From Longimicrobiales bacterium (lineage in GTDB: Bacteria > Gemmatimonadota > Gemmatimonadetes > Longimicrobiales > Gaopeijiaceae), in NCBI GenBank assembly GCA_965202985.1, contig CBDBCF010000001.1:416001-480000 (forward strand): 64,000 nucleotides of DNA, in the 5' to 3' direction. A program made the position numbers and the translations under genes. Below, one piece after another: positions 29,557 to 39,328 of the stretch; within the stretch, counting starts at the first letter, position 1, and every line of letters starts with the position of its first letter. The notes below the pieces were generated by a model, which did no database searches, had not been told where the DNA came from, and saw only the letters and a list, made by a program, of their open reading frames with translations.

Positions 29557-32061
29557 CTAGTGCCGTTCGCCCATTTCCGCTCCGTCGTCCATCACGGCCG
29601 GAACCATCGCCAAGCGGAACGGCTGGCTCCGCGCCACTTCCTTGACGAACACGTCCAGGCGCCAGTCGGCTTCGCCGGCCGCTCGGGCTATGCGGCGGAC
29701 CGCAGGCATGTCGGCGTGCTCGACGCGGCGTCCCACGGCATAGGCCAGCAGGTTCTCGGCGAAGGTGCGGGCCAGCGGCTCGGGGCGGCTCAGCAGCGCG
29801 GCCCGCAGGTCGTCCGGGCCGTGGATGGCGGTGCCGTCGTACAGTTCGCCGGCGGTCTCCACGGGCGTGCCGTTGTCGCGCACGCGCCAAGCGCCGGTCA
29901 CGTCGAAGTTCTCCAGGGCCAGGCCGATGGGGTCGATCACGCGGTGGCACGAGGTGCACGCCGGGTTGGCGCGGTGCTCCTCCAGGCGCTCGCGGACCGT
30001 CAGGAACCGGCCTTCGGCGGCGCCTTCGGTGGCCTCCAGCTCGGGCACGTCCGGCGGAGGGGGCGGCGGCGGGGTCCCCAGCAGCACTTCCATGACCCAC
30101 TTGCCCCGCAGCACTGGGGATGTGCGGTTGGCGTGGGACGTGAGGGTCAGGATGCTGCCGTGGCCCAGGACGCCCCGACGTTCGCCGCGCGCATACGGCA
30201 CCTCGCGGAAGTGGTCTCCGGCCACGCCCGATATGCCGTAGTGGCGGGCCAGGCGTTCGTTCATGTAGGAGTAATCCGCCGACAGGAGGTCCGCCAGCGT
30301 GCCGCCCCCCTGCATCAGCGCGTTGAAGAACGTCTCGGTCTCGCGGCGCATGTCGCGCGCCAGCTGCTCGTAGAAGTCGGGGAACCGAAGGGCGTCGGGG
30401 TGCACTTTGTCCAGGTCCTGCAAGCGCAGCCACTGGGACGCGAAGCGAGTGCCCAGCGCTTCCGAACGCGGGTCGGCCAGCATTCGTTCCAGTTGGGCGT
30501 CGAAGACGGCGGGCTCCAACAGGCCGCCGGAAGCCGCCGCCTGGACCAGCGCGGCGTCGGGAGGCCGTCCCCACAGGAAGAACGACAGGCGCGACGCCAA
30601 CGCGGGAGCGGCGACCGGGTAGACTTGGCCCGGACGCGCGTCCGACGCCGGCGCCTCGAAGCGGAAGATGAAGTCGGGGCTGGCCAGGACGCCCTGAAGC
30701 GCCGTGCGCACTCCGATGTCGAAGCCTCCGTCCGCCGCGCCCAGTGCGAACAGCTCCATGAGACCGTTGATCTCGGGCTCGGAGACCGGGCGGCGAAAGG
30801 CCCGCGTGGCCAAGCCGCTCACGATCTCCCGGGCGCACGACCGCGCCCCCGTCGAGGCCGAGGCCGGGCGGGAGGAAGCTGCGTCCGTGCCCGATGCCGC
30901 TTCCACGCCCAACACCGCTTCGCGCTCCGCCTCGGGCCGGCAGGTCGCGATCCGGTCCGACGCCGGCGTGCGCGAGACGCCCGTCACGTTGTACGGCCCG
31001 CCGATCGTCATGTCCCGCAGGTGGGCCAAGCCCGTGATCCCGTACGAATAGCCGATCTTCTTGTCGGCCAGCGACCAGCCGTGGGGCGAAGTCAGGTCCT
31101 CCACCGGCCCTTCCGCCACCTTCAAGAACGCGGCCGACACGCGGTGCGGTCCCGCCGAGACCTTGATCGGGTCGGTGACGACCTCCACGCCCATGGGGTC
31201 CTGGCGGTGCATCCAGCGGTCCAGGGGAATCAGAGCGACCCGCGCGCCGTCGATCGACACTTCCACGTGCTCGTCGAAGGGCGCTGTCTGGCCGAAGAAG
31301 TTGCCGGTGGATTCGTGCTGGAACGCCAGCCGGAAGTAGTACTCGCCGTCGGCCACGAAGTTGTGCACCACCGAAATGCCGCCTCGGGTGCCGAACGGCG
31401 CGCCCGGCACGTGCTCGCGCTGCTCGGCGTAGCGGGAGACCTCGTAGGTGGCCTCGGACGGCGTGGCGGCAGCGTCTCCCAGCGCCAAGCGGCTGACCTC
31501 GCTGGCCGCGGTCAGGTAGGCCTCCAGCAAGGTGGCCGACAGGTTCTGCACGTCGGCGATGTTGTCGAAGCCCGCGCTCACCGTCTCGCCCGGCAAGTAG
31601 GCGGAGGCGTCGATCTCGATCCCCAGCAGGTCGTGGACGGCGCGCTGGTACTCGGCACGGTTGAGGCGCTGGAAGGTGCGGCTTCCCGGGTTCGGGTTGC
31701 GCGCGGCGGCCGCGTCGATCCGCTCTTCCATCGACGCCGCCAGCGCTTGCAGCACCTCCGGTTCGGGCCGGCGCGCCCCCGGCGGCGGCATCATTCCGGC
31801 CCGGAGCTTCCGGATCATCTTCTCGGCGACGGGCACGTTCGCGACCGGATTGGCGGCGTCGAACTCTTCCAGCGACAGGTTGCCGCGCAGCCGGCGCTCG
31901 TTGTGGCACCGCACGCAGTACTGCTGGACGACCTCGTTGTCGATGTCGAACGCGACGGCTCGATCGGGGGGCCGAGGGGCAGGCGCGGGCGACGACGCCG
32001 TCGCAACCAAGCCCAGGTTGAGGATCGTTGCCGCGGCCAGAACGGCGGCTAGTCTAGTCAT
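29557..32061 (-). CDS. DUF1592-family PSD protein with two CxxCH haem motifs (paralogue 2)
   Basis: Signal peptide MTRLAAVLAAATILNLGLVA, YCVRCHN, CTSCHRVIDPIGLALENFD. Paralogue of 15904..18534. Confidence 0.92.
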   Translation of the reverse strand: MTRLAAVLAAATILNLGLVATASSPAPAPRPPDRAVAFDIDNEVVQQYCVRCHNERRLRGNLSLEEFDAANPVANVPVAEKMIRKLRAGMMPPPGARRPEPEVLQALAASMEERIDAAAARNPNPGSRTFQRLNRAEYQRAVHDLLGIEIDASAYLPGETVSAGFDNIADVQNLSATLLEAYLTAASEVSRLALGDAAATPSEATYEVSRYAEQREHVPGAPFGTRGGISVVHNFVADGEYYFRLAFQHESTGNFFGQTAPFDEHVEVSIDGARVALIPLDRWMHRQDPMGVEVVTDPIKVSAGPHRVSAAFLKVAEGPVEDLTSPHGWSLADKKIGYSYGITGLAHLRDMTIGGPYNVTGVSRTPASDRIATCRPEAEREAVLGVEAASGTDAASSRPASASTGARSCAREIVSGLATRAFRRPVSEPEINGLMELFALGAADGGFDIGVRTALQGVLASPDFIFRFEAPASDARPGQVYPVAAPALASRLSFFLWGRPPDAALVQAAASGGLLEPAVFDAQLERMLADPRSEALGTRFASQWLRLQDLDKVHPDALRFPDFYEQLARDMRRETETFFNALMQGGGTLADLLSADYSYMNERLARHYGISGVAGDHFREVPYARGERRGVLGHGSILTLTSHANRTSPVLRGKWVMEVLLGTPPPPPPPDVPELEATEGAAEGRFLTVRERLEEHRANPACTSCHRVIDPIGLALENFDVTGAWRVRDNGTPVETAGELYDGTAIHGPDDLRAALLSRPEPLARTFAENLLAYAVGRRVEHADMPAVRRIARAAGEADWRLDVFVKEVARSQPFRLAMVPAVMDDGAEMGERH

Positions 32062-32173
32062 GCTGCGGCTTCCGGGCTCGAGTGGGCGTGGGCGCAACTC
32101 GCAACATCGAAGGTAACGCGCCCCGCGCCGGCCTTGCCAGCAGGCCGCCGTGCAGAGCCCGGCCCGGCCCCGT

Positions 32174-33916
32174 TCACTCCTGTCGGCCGGCCTCCACCAC
32201 CACGGCGAGCGCAAGCCGCTGGTCGTCTCGCAACACCACGACCTCGACTTCGTCGCCAGGCTCCAGGTCCTGCAAGGCGTACATGTAGCCGTACACGTCC
32301 TCCACGTCGCGGCCGGCGAAGCGCACGATCACGTCGCCCCCCTGCAGGCCGGCCTTGGCGGCGGGGCTGCCGTCGCGGACTCCGGTGATCCGCATTCCTC
32401 CCGACACGTGGGCGTAGTCGGGGATCGTGCCCACGCGCACCCGGAAGCCGCTTCGCGCCGTGCCGCCGTCCTGGGGCGCGGCAGCACCGTGCGGGTTGCC
32501 CGCCCCCGCCACCGGCGTCAGGGACGCGAGGCCCGCCGTCGGCACGACTTCGCGAACCACGGACGCCAGAAGCTCCACGACGCGGTCCATGCCCTCGGCG
32601 TTGACCAGATGCCAGTCGTCCTCGACGCGGTGGTACTCCGGGTGCGTGTTGGAGAAGAAGTGGAGGACCGGGATCCCCTTGGCGTAGAAGGAGCTGTGGT
32701 CCGATGCGCCGAAGCCGTCGTTCACGAAGCGCAGGTCCAACGGGCGCGCGGCGCCGGCGTTCGCGGCCTCCAGGACCCGGGGCCACTCCTCCGCCGTGCC
32801 GACGCCCAGGACCGCGAGCACGTCGTCCCGGACGCGCCCCACCATGTCCAGGTTGAGCATCGCGACGGTCTGCTCCAAGGGAACGAGCGGCGTCTCCACG
32901 TACTTGGCCGAGCCCCACAGTCCTCGTTCTTCGCCCGTGAACGCCAGGAACAGCATGTCCTGGGCCAGGGGCGGCCCCGACGAAAGCGCGCGGGCCAGCT
33001 CCAGCAGCACCGCGGTGCCCGAAGCGTTGTCGTCGGCGCCGTTGTGGACGACTCCGACTGCGTTCGGCGAAAGGGAGCCGAAGCCGCCGAAGCCGAGGTG
33101 GTCGTAGTGGGCGCCGACGATCAGAGACTGGCGGGCGGGCGCTCCGCCGACGCTCCGCAGAAGGGCGGCCACGTTCCGGGCCTCGCCGTGCACGGGGGTC
33201 GGGTGGACGGACATTGTGGCCTGCGGCGGCGCCTCGGCGCCCAGCGCTGCGCGCACATCCGCGGCGGCCCCGGCCGTCAGGGCCGCGACGGGGATCGACA
33301 GCGCGGCACGACGCTCGGCGGAAGGGTCCGGCAGCGGATCGTGGTCCCCCAGCAGCACGACGACGCCCGACGCGCCGGCGGCCGCCGCGTTGCTGGCGAA
33401 CCGGTGGGCGTCCACGGCCGGACCATGGGGATGGGCCGCCCCTTCAACGACCCATATCGTGCCCGGTCGGCCCTGTTGGCCGGTCCCGGGGCCGACGCGG
33501 CTCATCGTTCCCTGGACCGTCGCCGAGGCCGAGAAGCCGTAAGGGGTCCACGCGACGCCCTCGATTCTCGCGGCGCCCTCGAGTGTGAACCGCGACGCTT
33601 CGCCCACCTCGGTTCCCGTACGCACGGTCCAGGACTGGAAGTAGGTCCCTTCGTCGCCGGCGGGCTCGAGGCCGAGTTCCCGGAAGCGGTCTGCGATGTA
33701 GTCGCCGGCGCACCGCTCGCCCCGGGTCGCAACCTCGCGGCCCTCCAGCAGGTCGTCGGCCAAGTAGCGGACATGGGCCAGCGTCCCGTCCAGGTCCAAG
33801 TCGGCCAACAACTCTGCGGGCTCGGGGCAGCGCCACGGGTCCTGCTGGGTCGCTGCCGGCATCGCTGCGACGGTCCCGGCGACGACGCACGTTGCGACGG
33901 CAAGCCAGCGCTTCAC
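32174..33916 (-). CDS. M28 family peptidase with PA-like and C-terminal PDZ domains
   Basis: GAHYDHLG, NGADDNASG, FTGEERGLWGS, NLDMVGR, SDHSSF, YHR..D; PDZ GTIPDY..GSPAAKAGLQGGDVI. GTG start with signal peptide. Confidence 0.92.
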   Translation of the reverse strand: MKRWLAVATCVVAGTVAAMPAATQQDPWRCPEPAELLADLDLDGTLAHVRYLADDLLEGREVATRGERCAGDYIADRFRELGLEPAGDEGTYFQSWTVRTGTEVGEASRFTLEGAARIEGVAWTPYGFSASATVQGTMSRVGPGTGQQGRPGTIWVVEGAAHPHGPAVDAHRFASNAAAAGASGVVVLLGDHDPLPDPSAERRAALSIPVAALTAGAAADVRAALGAEAPPQATMSVHPTPVHGEARNVAALLRSVGGAPARQSLIVGAHYDHLGFGGFGSLSPNAVGVVHNGADDNASGTAVLLELARALSSGPPLAQDMLFLAFTGEERGLWGSAKYVETPLVPLEQTVAMLNLDMVGRVRDDVLAVLGVGTAEEWPRVLEAANAGAARPLDLRFVNDGFGASDHSSFYAKGIPVLHFFSNTHPEYHRVEDDWHLVNAEGMDRVVELLASVVREVVPTAGLASLTPVAGAGNPHGAAAPQDGGTARSGFRVRVGTIPDYAHVSGGMRITGVRDGSPAAKAGLQGGDVIVRFAGRDVEDVYGYMYALQDLEPGDEVEVVVLRDDQRLALAVVVEAGRQE

Positions 33917-34002
33917 GCCGGAAGCTCCGCGCCCGCTTGCGGGTCCTGCGCCTGCCAGTTCGCTTGCCACGCCTACGGCGGCGGAGGTCGCGCCGGAACC
34001 CG

Positions 34003-34212
34003 TCAAACGATGATGGCGGCGGGCAACAAGACGACGTAGCCCACGACCAGCAACACCGGCGCCCATGTGATCGACCCTTGGCTGAGCAGGTAGTAGCCCA
34101 GGGAAATGACCGCCAAGCCTGCCAGCGCGCACAACAAGTTCGCCTTGGAGAACTCGAGCGAGGGTCCCGTTCGGGACGCCGCCTTCCTGGCCTTCGCGCT
34201 TGTCGCCCTCAT
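34003..34212 (-). CDS. Small two-TM membrane protein (DUF3098-like)
   Basis: 69 aa, basic N-terminus then two hydrophobic helices (..GYYLLSQGSITWAPVLLVVGYVVLLPAAI). Confidence 0.7.
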   Translation of the reverse strand: MRATSAKARKAASRTGPSLEFSKANLLCALAGLAVISLGYYLLSQGSITWAPVLLVVGYVVLLPAAIIV

Positions 34213-34243
34213 GACCGGACGCTACCCGGAACGGGCGGCGAAG

Positions 34244-35245
34244 TCAACCGGGAGACGAGGCCAGGAGCGCCCACTCGCGGACCTCCGCCAACTCGGGCGG
34301 CAACGGCGCCTCGAAGGTCATGGGCCGGCCCGAGACCGGGTGCTCGAACGCCAGCCGGCCCGCGTGAAGGAACTGGCGGGGGGTTCTCTTGGCCAGTTCG
34401 GCCGCCCATCGCAGTCCAGGACCGGAGAAGCCGCGCTCCCGGCCCGCCCCGTAGGTCGTGTCGCCCACGACCGGGTGGCCCAGGGCCAAGGCGTGCACTC
34501 GGATTTGATGGGTCCGGCCCGTGTCCAGCCGGGCTTCGCAGAAGCACGCGGTCCGCCACTCCTCGACGGCGCGGAAGCGGGTGCGGGCGGAGCGGCCTTC
34601 TGCGACGACGGCCATGCGCGTCCGATCCTTGGGGTGTCGCCCGACCGGTCGATCCACGATGACGGGCGACTCGGCCAGGCGCCCCCAAAGCGCGGCCAGG
34701 TACCGGCGCTCCACGCGCCGCTCCTTGAGCGCCTCGGACAGCCCGCGATGCGCCCGGTCCGTCTTGGCCGCCACCATGAGGCCGGAAGTGTCCTTGTCCA
34801 GCCGATGGACGATGCCGGGACGCAGCGCGCCTCCGATCCCCGCCAAGTCGCCCACATGATGCAGCAGCGCGTTGACCAGGGTTCGGTCGGGATGGCCCGG
34901 TGCCGGGTGCACCACCAGCCCCGCCGGCTTGTCCACCACCACCAAGTCCCGATCCTGATGGACGATCCTCACGGGGATGTCCTGGGGCTCGGCCTCGATC
35001 GGGACCGGCGCCGGCACGTCCACCTCCACGCATTGGCCCGCGCAAACCCGCTCCGACTTTTTGGCGGCCCGCCCGTCCACCAGGACTCGCCCGTCCGCCA
35101 CCAGCGCCGCGGCCCGCGTTCGCGACAGGCCCAAGCGAGCGGCCACGTGCAGGTCCAGTCGCCCGGCCGCGCCTTCGTCCGCAACCCACCGGCGGCGCCC
35201 GGCCTCGTCGCCGGGCCCGCCCGCTCCCAGCCCCGCAGCGGTCAC
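34244..35245 (-). CDS. rluD: RluA family 23S rRNA pseudouridine synthase (RluD-like)
   Basis: S4 domain RLDLHV...SRTRAAAL, VDKPAGLVVHP, HRLDKDTSGL, TGRTHQIRVH. GTG overlaps the ileS stop. Confidence 0.9.
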   Translation of the reverse strand: MTAAGLGAGGPGDEAGRRRWVADEGAAGRLDLHVAARLGLSRTRAAALVADGRVLVDGRAAKKSERVCAGQCVEVDVPAPVPIEAEPQDIPVRIVHQDRDLVVVDKPAGLVVHPAPGHPDRTLVNALLHHVGDLAGIGGALRPGIVHRLDKDTSGLMVAAKTDRAHRGLSEALKERRVERRYLAALWGRLAESPVIVDRPVGRHPKDRTRMAVVAEGRSARTRFRAVEEWRTACFCEARLDTGRTHQIRVHALALGHPVVGDTTYGAGRERGFSGPGLRWAAELAKRTPRQFLHAGRLAFEHPVSGRPMTFEAPLPPELAEVREWALLASSPG

Positions 35246-38200
35246 GCCTTCGACAACCCCAAGACGGCGTCCTCTCCGTCCAGCGTGGTCCTGCGGAGCC
35301 ATGCGTACCCGCCGGCGGAGTCGTCGTCGCTCCCCAGCCCGTCGCCGCCCACCTCCACGGCCACGGCCAGCGTCTCCCCGGCGACCACGTCCGTGTGCTC
35401 GCGAGCCGCGGCCAAGACCGCCGCCGTCCCCCGCACCCCCAACCGTATGCGGTCGGTGACTTCGAGCCCCGCGTCCCGGCGCAGGCGCTGAACGCGGCTC
35501 ACCAGTTCGCGGGCCAACCCCTCGCGGCGAAGCTCCTCGGTGACGGCGGGGTCCAGCGCCACCGTGCACGGCCCCTCGGACCGCACCACCCACGCCCCCC
35601 GCGCCTCTTCCACCACATCCAGGTCGTCGTTGCCCAGCTCGTGGCGCTCGCCGTCCAGCTCCACGTGCAGAGCGGAGCCCCCGCGGAACGCCTTCAACGC
35701 CTCCGGCGACAGCGCTCGCACGTGCTCCGCCACCTCTTCGGTGCGCTTTCGGAAGCGTCGTCCCAGCGCCCGATAGTTGGGACGCGCCGACAGCGCCACC
35801 ACATCTTCGGCGGAGCCCGCGAACGTCACCGACTTCACGTTGAGCTCGTCCTCGAGAAGGGCCAAGACGGGACCCGACGGGGGATCGCCGGGGACCACGG
35901 CAAGGACCCGTCCCAACGGTTGCCGCACCCGGACGCGGGCGTCCTCCCGCGCAGCGCGCCCCAGCGTGCACAACGCGCGCACGACGGCCATCTCGCGCTC
36001 GAGCTCCTCGTCCATCAGGGCGCGGGCCGGCTCCGGGAAGCGCTCCAGATGGCTGGACCGCCCCGCAAGCGCCCTGTGCAGCCAGTCCGACGCGAACGGG
36101 ACCACCGGCGCCAGCAGCAGCGCTACGACCCGCAGCGCCTGGTGCAGCGTGGCGAACGCCGCCGCCGAGTCGGCTTGCAGGTCCGAGTCGGCCGGGCCGT
36201 CCGCGCGCTCGCCCCCCCAGAAGCGGGGTCGCGCCCGGCGCACGTACCAGTTGGACAGGTCGCCGTCCAGAAAGGCGGCCACCTCGCGGTAGGCCCGCGT
36301 CGGGTTGTAGCCGTCCAGCTCGCGGCGCACCAACTCCGCCAGGCCGTTCAGCCTGGACAGCAGCCAGCGGTCCAAGACGGGGCGCTGGGCCGGCGGCGGC
36401 GCCCGTTTCGCGTCCTGCGGCGCCCAGCCCTCCACGTCGGCGTACAGCGCGAAGAACCGGTACGTGTTGAAGAGCGTGTCGAAGAAGCGGGAGGCCGACT
36501 CCCGCACTTTCGCCGAATCGAAGCGCGTGGGCAGCCACGGGTTGCTGACGGTGATCATGTACCAGCGGACGCCGTCGGCGCCGTGCTCGCTCACCGCGTC
36601 CCAGGGGTCCACCACGTTGCCTCGGGACTTGGACATCTTCCGGCCGGCGGCGTCCAGGATCAGGTCGTTCACGACCACGTTCCGGAACGCCGGCCCCAGA
36701 CCCAGCATGGTGGAGATGGCGTGGAGCGAGTAGAACCAGCCCCGCGTTTGGTCCACCGCCTCGCAGACGAAGTCGGCCGGGAAGTGCCGGCGGAAGCGCT
36801 CCCGGTTCTCGAAGGGATAGTGCCACTGCGCCCAGGGCATCGCGCCCGAGTCGAACCAGACGTCGATCACCTCCGGCGTCCGCCGCATGACCGCCCCGGT
36901 GGCGGGGCACTTCCACGTCACGTCGTCGATGAAGGGCCGGTGCGGATCGAAGTCGTCGGGCAGTCCGCCGGCCTTCTCCGCCAGCTCGGCCAAGCTGCCG
37001 ATCCACTCCACGCGCGAAGGATCGTCCTCCGAGACCCAGACGGGGAGCGGCGTGCCCCAGTAGCGGTCCCGCGACAAGGCCCAGTCCACGTTCCCCTTGA
37101 GCCACTCGCCGAAGCGCCCCTCGCCCGTCTCCGGCGGGTGCCACGCCACCTGCGCGTTGTTTTCCAGAAGCTCCTTCCGAAGGGCCGACGTGCGGGCGAA
37201 CCAGCTGTGGCGGGCCATGTAGATCAGGGGCGTCTCGCAGCGCCAGCAGTGCGGGTAGGCGTGCGCTTGGCGACTGTAAGCGAAGACGAGTCCGCGCGCC
37301 TTCAGGTCGGCCACCAGGGGTTCGTCGGCGTCCTTGAAGAACAGTCCTCCGACCAGGGGCAGGTCGGGGTCGAAGGCGCCGTCGGCGCGCACCGGCTCCA
37401 GCACGGCCAGGCCGAACTCCTTGCCCGCGCGATAGTCGTCGTCGCCGTACGCCGGGGCCATGTGGACGATCCCCGACCCCTCTTCGGCCGAAACGAAGTC
37501 GCCCGGCACGATCTCCCAGGCGCGGCCGCGGACCTCGTTCTGGGGCACGATGTCGAAGGGGCGGCGGTACTTGCGGCCCAGCAGCTGCTCCACCGGCACG
37601 GGCTGGGCGACGCAGTCCTCGCCGAAGAGCGCCGCCGCCCGGTCGCGCGCCGCGACGACGCGCTTGCCGGCGTGCTCGACCTCCACGTAGGCCACCTTCG
37701 GGTTGACGGCCAGGGCCGCGTTCGAGACCAGCGTCCAGGGCGTGGTCGTCCACACCAGGACGTGCCGGCCCGACCCGTCCAGCAGCTCGACGGTCAGGTA
37801 GAGCGACGGGTCCTCCACCTCGCGGTAGCCCAGCGACAGCTCGTGGGACGACAGCACCGTCTGATCCTTGGGACACCACGGGACCACCTTGTGGCCCCGG
37901 TAGAGAAGGTCGCGGTCGGCCATCTGCTTGAGGAGCCACCACACCGACTCCACGTAGGCCGCGTCGAAGGTCACGTAGGGACGCGAGTAGTCCAGCCAGT
38001 AGCCGATCCGCTCGGAGAAGCGCTCCCATTCGTCCTTGTAGACGAAGACCGAGGCCCGGCACTGCTCGTTGAACCAAGCGATCCCGCGCGCTTCGATCTC
38101 CTTCTTGTCCTCGATGCCCAGCTGCTTCTGGGCCTCGATCTCCACGGGCAGCCCGTGCGTGTCCCAGCCGGCGATGCGGGTGACGTGCTTGCCCCGCATG

Positions 38201-38415
38201 GTCTGGTAGCGGCAGACCAGGTCCTTGATGGCGCGGCTGATGACGTGGTGGAGGCCCGGCCGACCGTTGGCCGTGGGCGGTCCCTCGTAGAAGACGAACT
38301 CGGGGGCGTCGCGGGTGGCCTCCAGGGACCGGGCGAAGGTGTCCTCCCGGCGCCACGTCTCGAGGACGGACTCCTCCATGGCGACCCGGGAGGCCGGCGG
38401 GCGGGGAAACGGCAT
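35242..38415 (-). CDS. ileS: Isoleucine--tRNA ligase, type 2
   Basis: FYEGPPTANGRPGLHH, GWDTHGLPVE, WTTTPWTL, DWALSRDRYWGTPLP, DQTRGWFYSL, KMSKS. Type-2 C-terminal EGLARELVSRVQRLRR. Confidence 0.97.
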   Translation of the reverse strand: MPFPRPPASRVAMEESVLETWRREDTFARSLEATRDAPEFVFYEGPPTANGRPGLHHVISRAIKDLVCRYQTMRGKHVTRIAGWDTHGLPVEIEAQKQLGIEDKKEIEARGIAWFNEQCRASVFVYKDEWERFSERIGYWLDYSRPYVTFDAAYVESVWWLLKQMADRDLLYRGHKVVPWCPKDQTVLSSHELSLGYREVEDPSLYLTVELLDGSGRHVLVWTTTPWTLVSNAALAVNPKVAYVEVEHAGKRVVAARDRAAALFGEDCVAQPVPVEQLLGRKYRRPFDIVPQNEVRGRAWEIVPGDFVSAEEGSGIVHMAPAYGDDDYRAGKEFGLAVLEPVRADGAFDPDLPLVGGLFFKDADEPLVADLKARGLVFAYSRQAHAYPHCWRCETPLIYMARHSWFARTSALRKELLENNAQVAWHPPETGEGRFGEWLKGNVDWALSRDRYWGTPLPVWVSEDDPSRVEWIGSLAELAEKAGGLPDDFDPHRPFIDDVTWKCPATGAVMRRTPEVIDVWFDSGAMPWAQWHYPFENRERFRRHFPADFVCEAVDQTRGWFYSLHAISTMLGLGPAFRNVVVNDLILDAAGRKMSKSRGNVVDPWDAVSEHGADGVRWYMITVSNPWLPTRFDSAKVRESASRFFDTLFNTYRFFALYADVEGWAPQDAKRAPPPAQRPVLDRWLLSRLNGLAELVRRELDGYNPTRAYREVAAFLDGDLSNWYVRRARPRFWGGERADGPADSDLQADSAAAFATLHQALRVVALLLAPVVPFASDWLHRALAGRSSHLERFPEPARALMDEELEREMAVVRALCTLGRAAREDARVRVRQPLGRVLAVVPGDPPSGPVLALLEDELNVKSVTFAGSAEDVVALSARPNYRALGRRFRKRTEEVAEHVRALSPEALKAFRGGSALHVELDGERHELGNDDLDVVEEARGAWVVRSEGPCTVALDPAVTEELRREGLARELVSRVQRLRRDAGLEVTDRIRLGVRGTAAVLAAAREHTDVVAGETLAVAVEVGGDGLGSDDDSAGGYAWLRRTTLDGEDAVLGLSKA

Positions 38416-38431
38416 CGGAGGGGACGACTCG

Positions 38432-39328
38432 CTAGCGGAGGCCGGCCACCAGCCCCGACACCAGGCAGGTCAGCTTGGGTTCGGCCGCCTGGGTAACGGC
38501 AATGATCTCGGCCACGTCGACCTCCGTCAGCGCGTCGGGAAGGCACTGGTCGGTGACGACGGCCACCGCCAGGACGCGCATTCCCATGTGACGGGCGGCC
38601 ACGACTTCGGGGACCGTGGACATGCCCACCACGTCGGCCCCCAGGGCGCGCAGCAGGCGGTACTCGGCCCGGGTCTCCAGCTGGGGGCCGGGAACCGCCG
38701 CGTAGACGCCTTCGCGCAGGACGATTCCCTGGGCCAGGGCCAAGGCTGCCGCCGACCGCCGCAGCTCCGGGTCGTACGGGGCGGACATGTCGGGGAAGCG
38801 GGGACCCAGCGCGTCCAGGTTGGGACCGGCCAGAGGACTGTCGCCCATGAGGTTGACGTGGTCGTCCAGAAGGACCAGGTCGCCGGGCGCCCACAGCGGG
38901 TTCATGCCGCCGCACGCGGCCGACACGAACAGGGTCTCCGCGCCCAAGAGCTTCGCGACCCGCACCGGGAAGACGACGTCGTGCAGCGCGTAGCCCTCGT
39001 AGGCGTGGAGGCGGCCCTGCATGGCCGCGACGGGAACGCCCTCCAGCGTGCCCAGCAGGAGCTTGCCGACGTGGCTCTCGACGGTGGAGACCGGAAAGTG
39101 GGGAAGCTCCTCGTAGGGGACTTCGGCCTCTACCGACATGGCGTCGCCCAGCCCCCCCAGCCCGGTGCCCAGGACGATCCCCGCCCGGGGCTCCAGCGCG
39201 CACCGGGCGCGGACGGCGGCAACCGCCTCTTCCAGCCGCGCCATCTGACCCGACGCCTCGGCCGCCCGCTCGGCAGCGCCGCCCCCGTCGCCGGACGTCG
39301 CCCTGCCGGCGGCATCACCCCCCGTCAC
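38432..39328 (-). CDS. punA: Purine-nucleoside phosphorylase (PNP-I)
   Basis: GIVLGTGLG, HFP.STV.SH.G, MQGRLHAYEGY, GPQLETRAE, GADVVGMSTVPE. Start is GTG 39328 (coupled to yggS) or ATG 39244. Confidence 0.92.
   Translation of the reverse strand: MTGGDAAGRATSGDGGGAAERAAEASGQMARLEEAVAAVRARCALEPRAGIVLGTGLGGLGDAMSVEAEVPYEELPHFPVSTVESHVGKLLLGTLEGVPVAAMQGRLHAYEGYALHDVVFPVRVAKLLGAETLFVSAACGGMNPLWAPGDLVLLDDHVNLMGDSPLAGPNLDALGPRFPDMSAPYDPELRRSAAALALAQGIVLREGVYAAVPGPQLETRAEYRLLRALGADVVGMSTVPEVVAARHMGMRVLAVAVVTDQCLPDALTEVDVAEIIAVTQAAEPKLTCLVSGLVAGLR

Noticed and set aside
28091..31909. 1272-aa ORF apparently fusing a long N-terminus to DUF262-HNH (similar extensions in 14513..16927, 34244..38356, 45515..47428, 50753..52597)
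   Set aside because: The extension is an off-frame read of the upstream gene. The real starts are supported by an RBS or stop/start overlap (29488, 15907, 35245, 46075, 51778).
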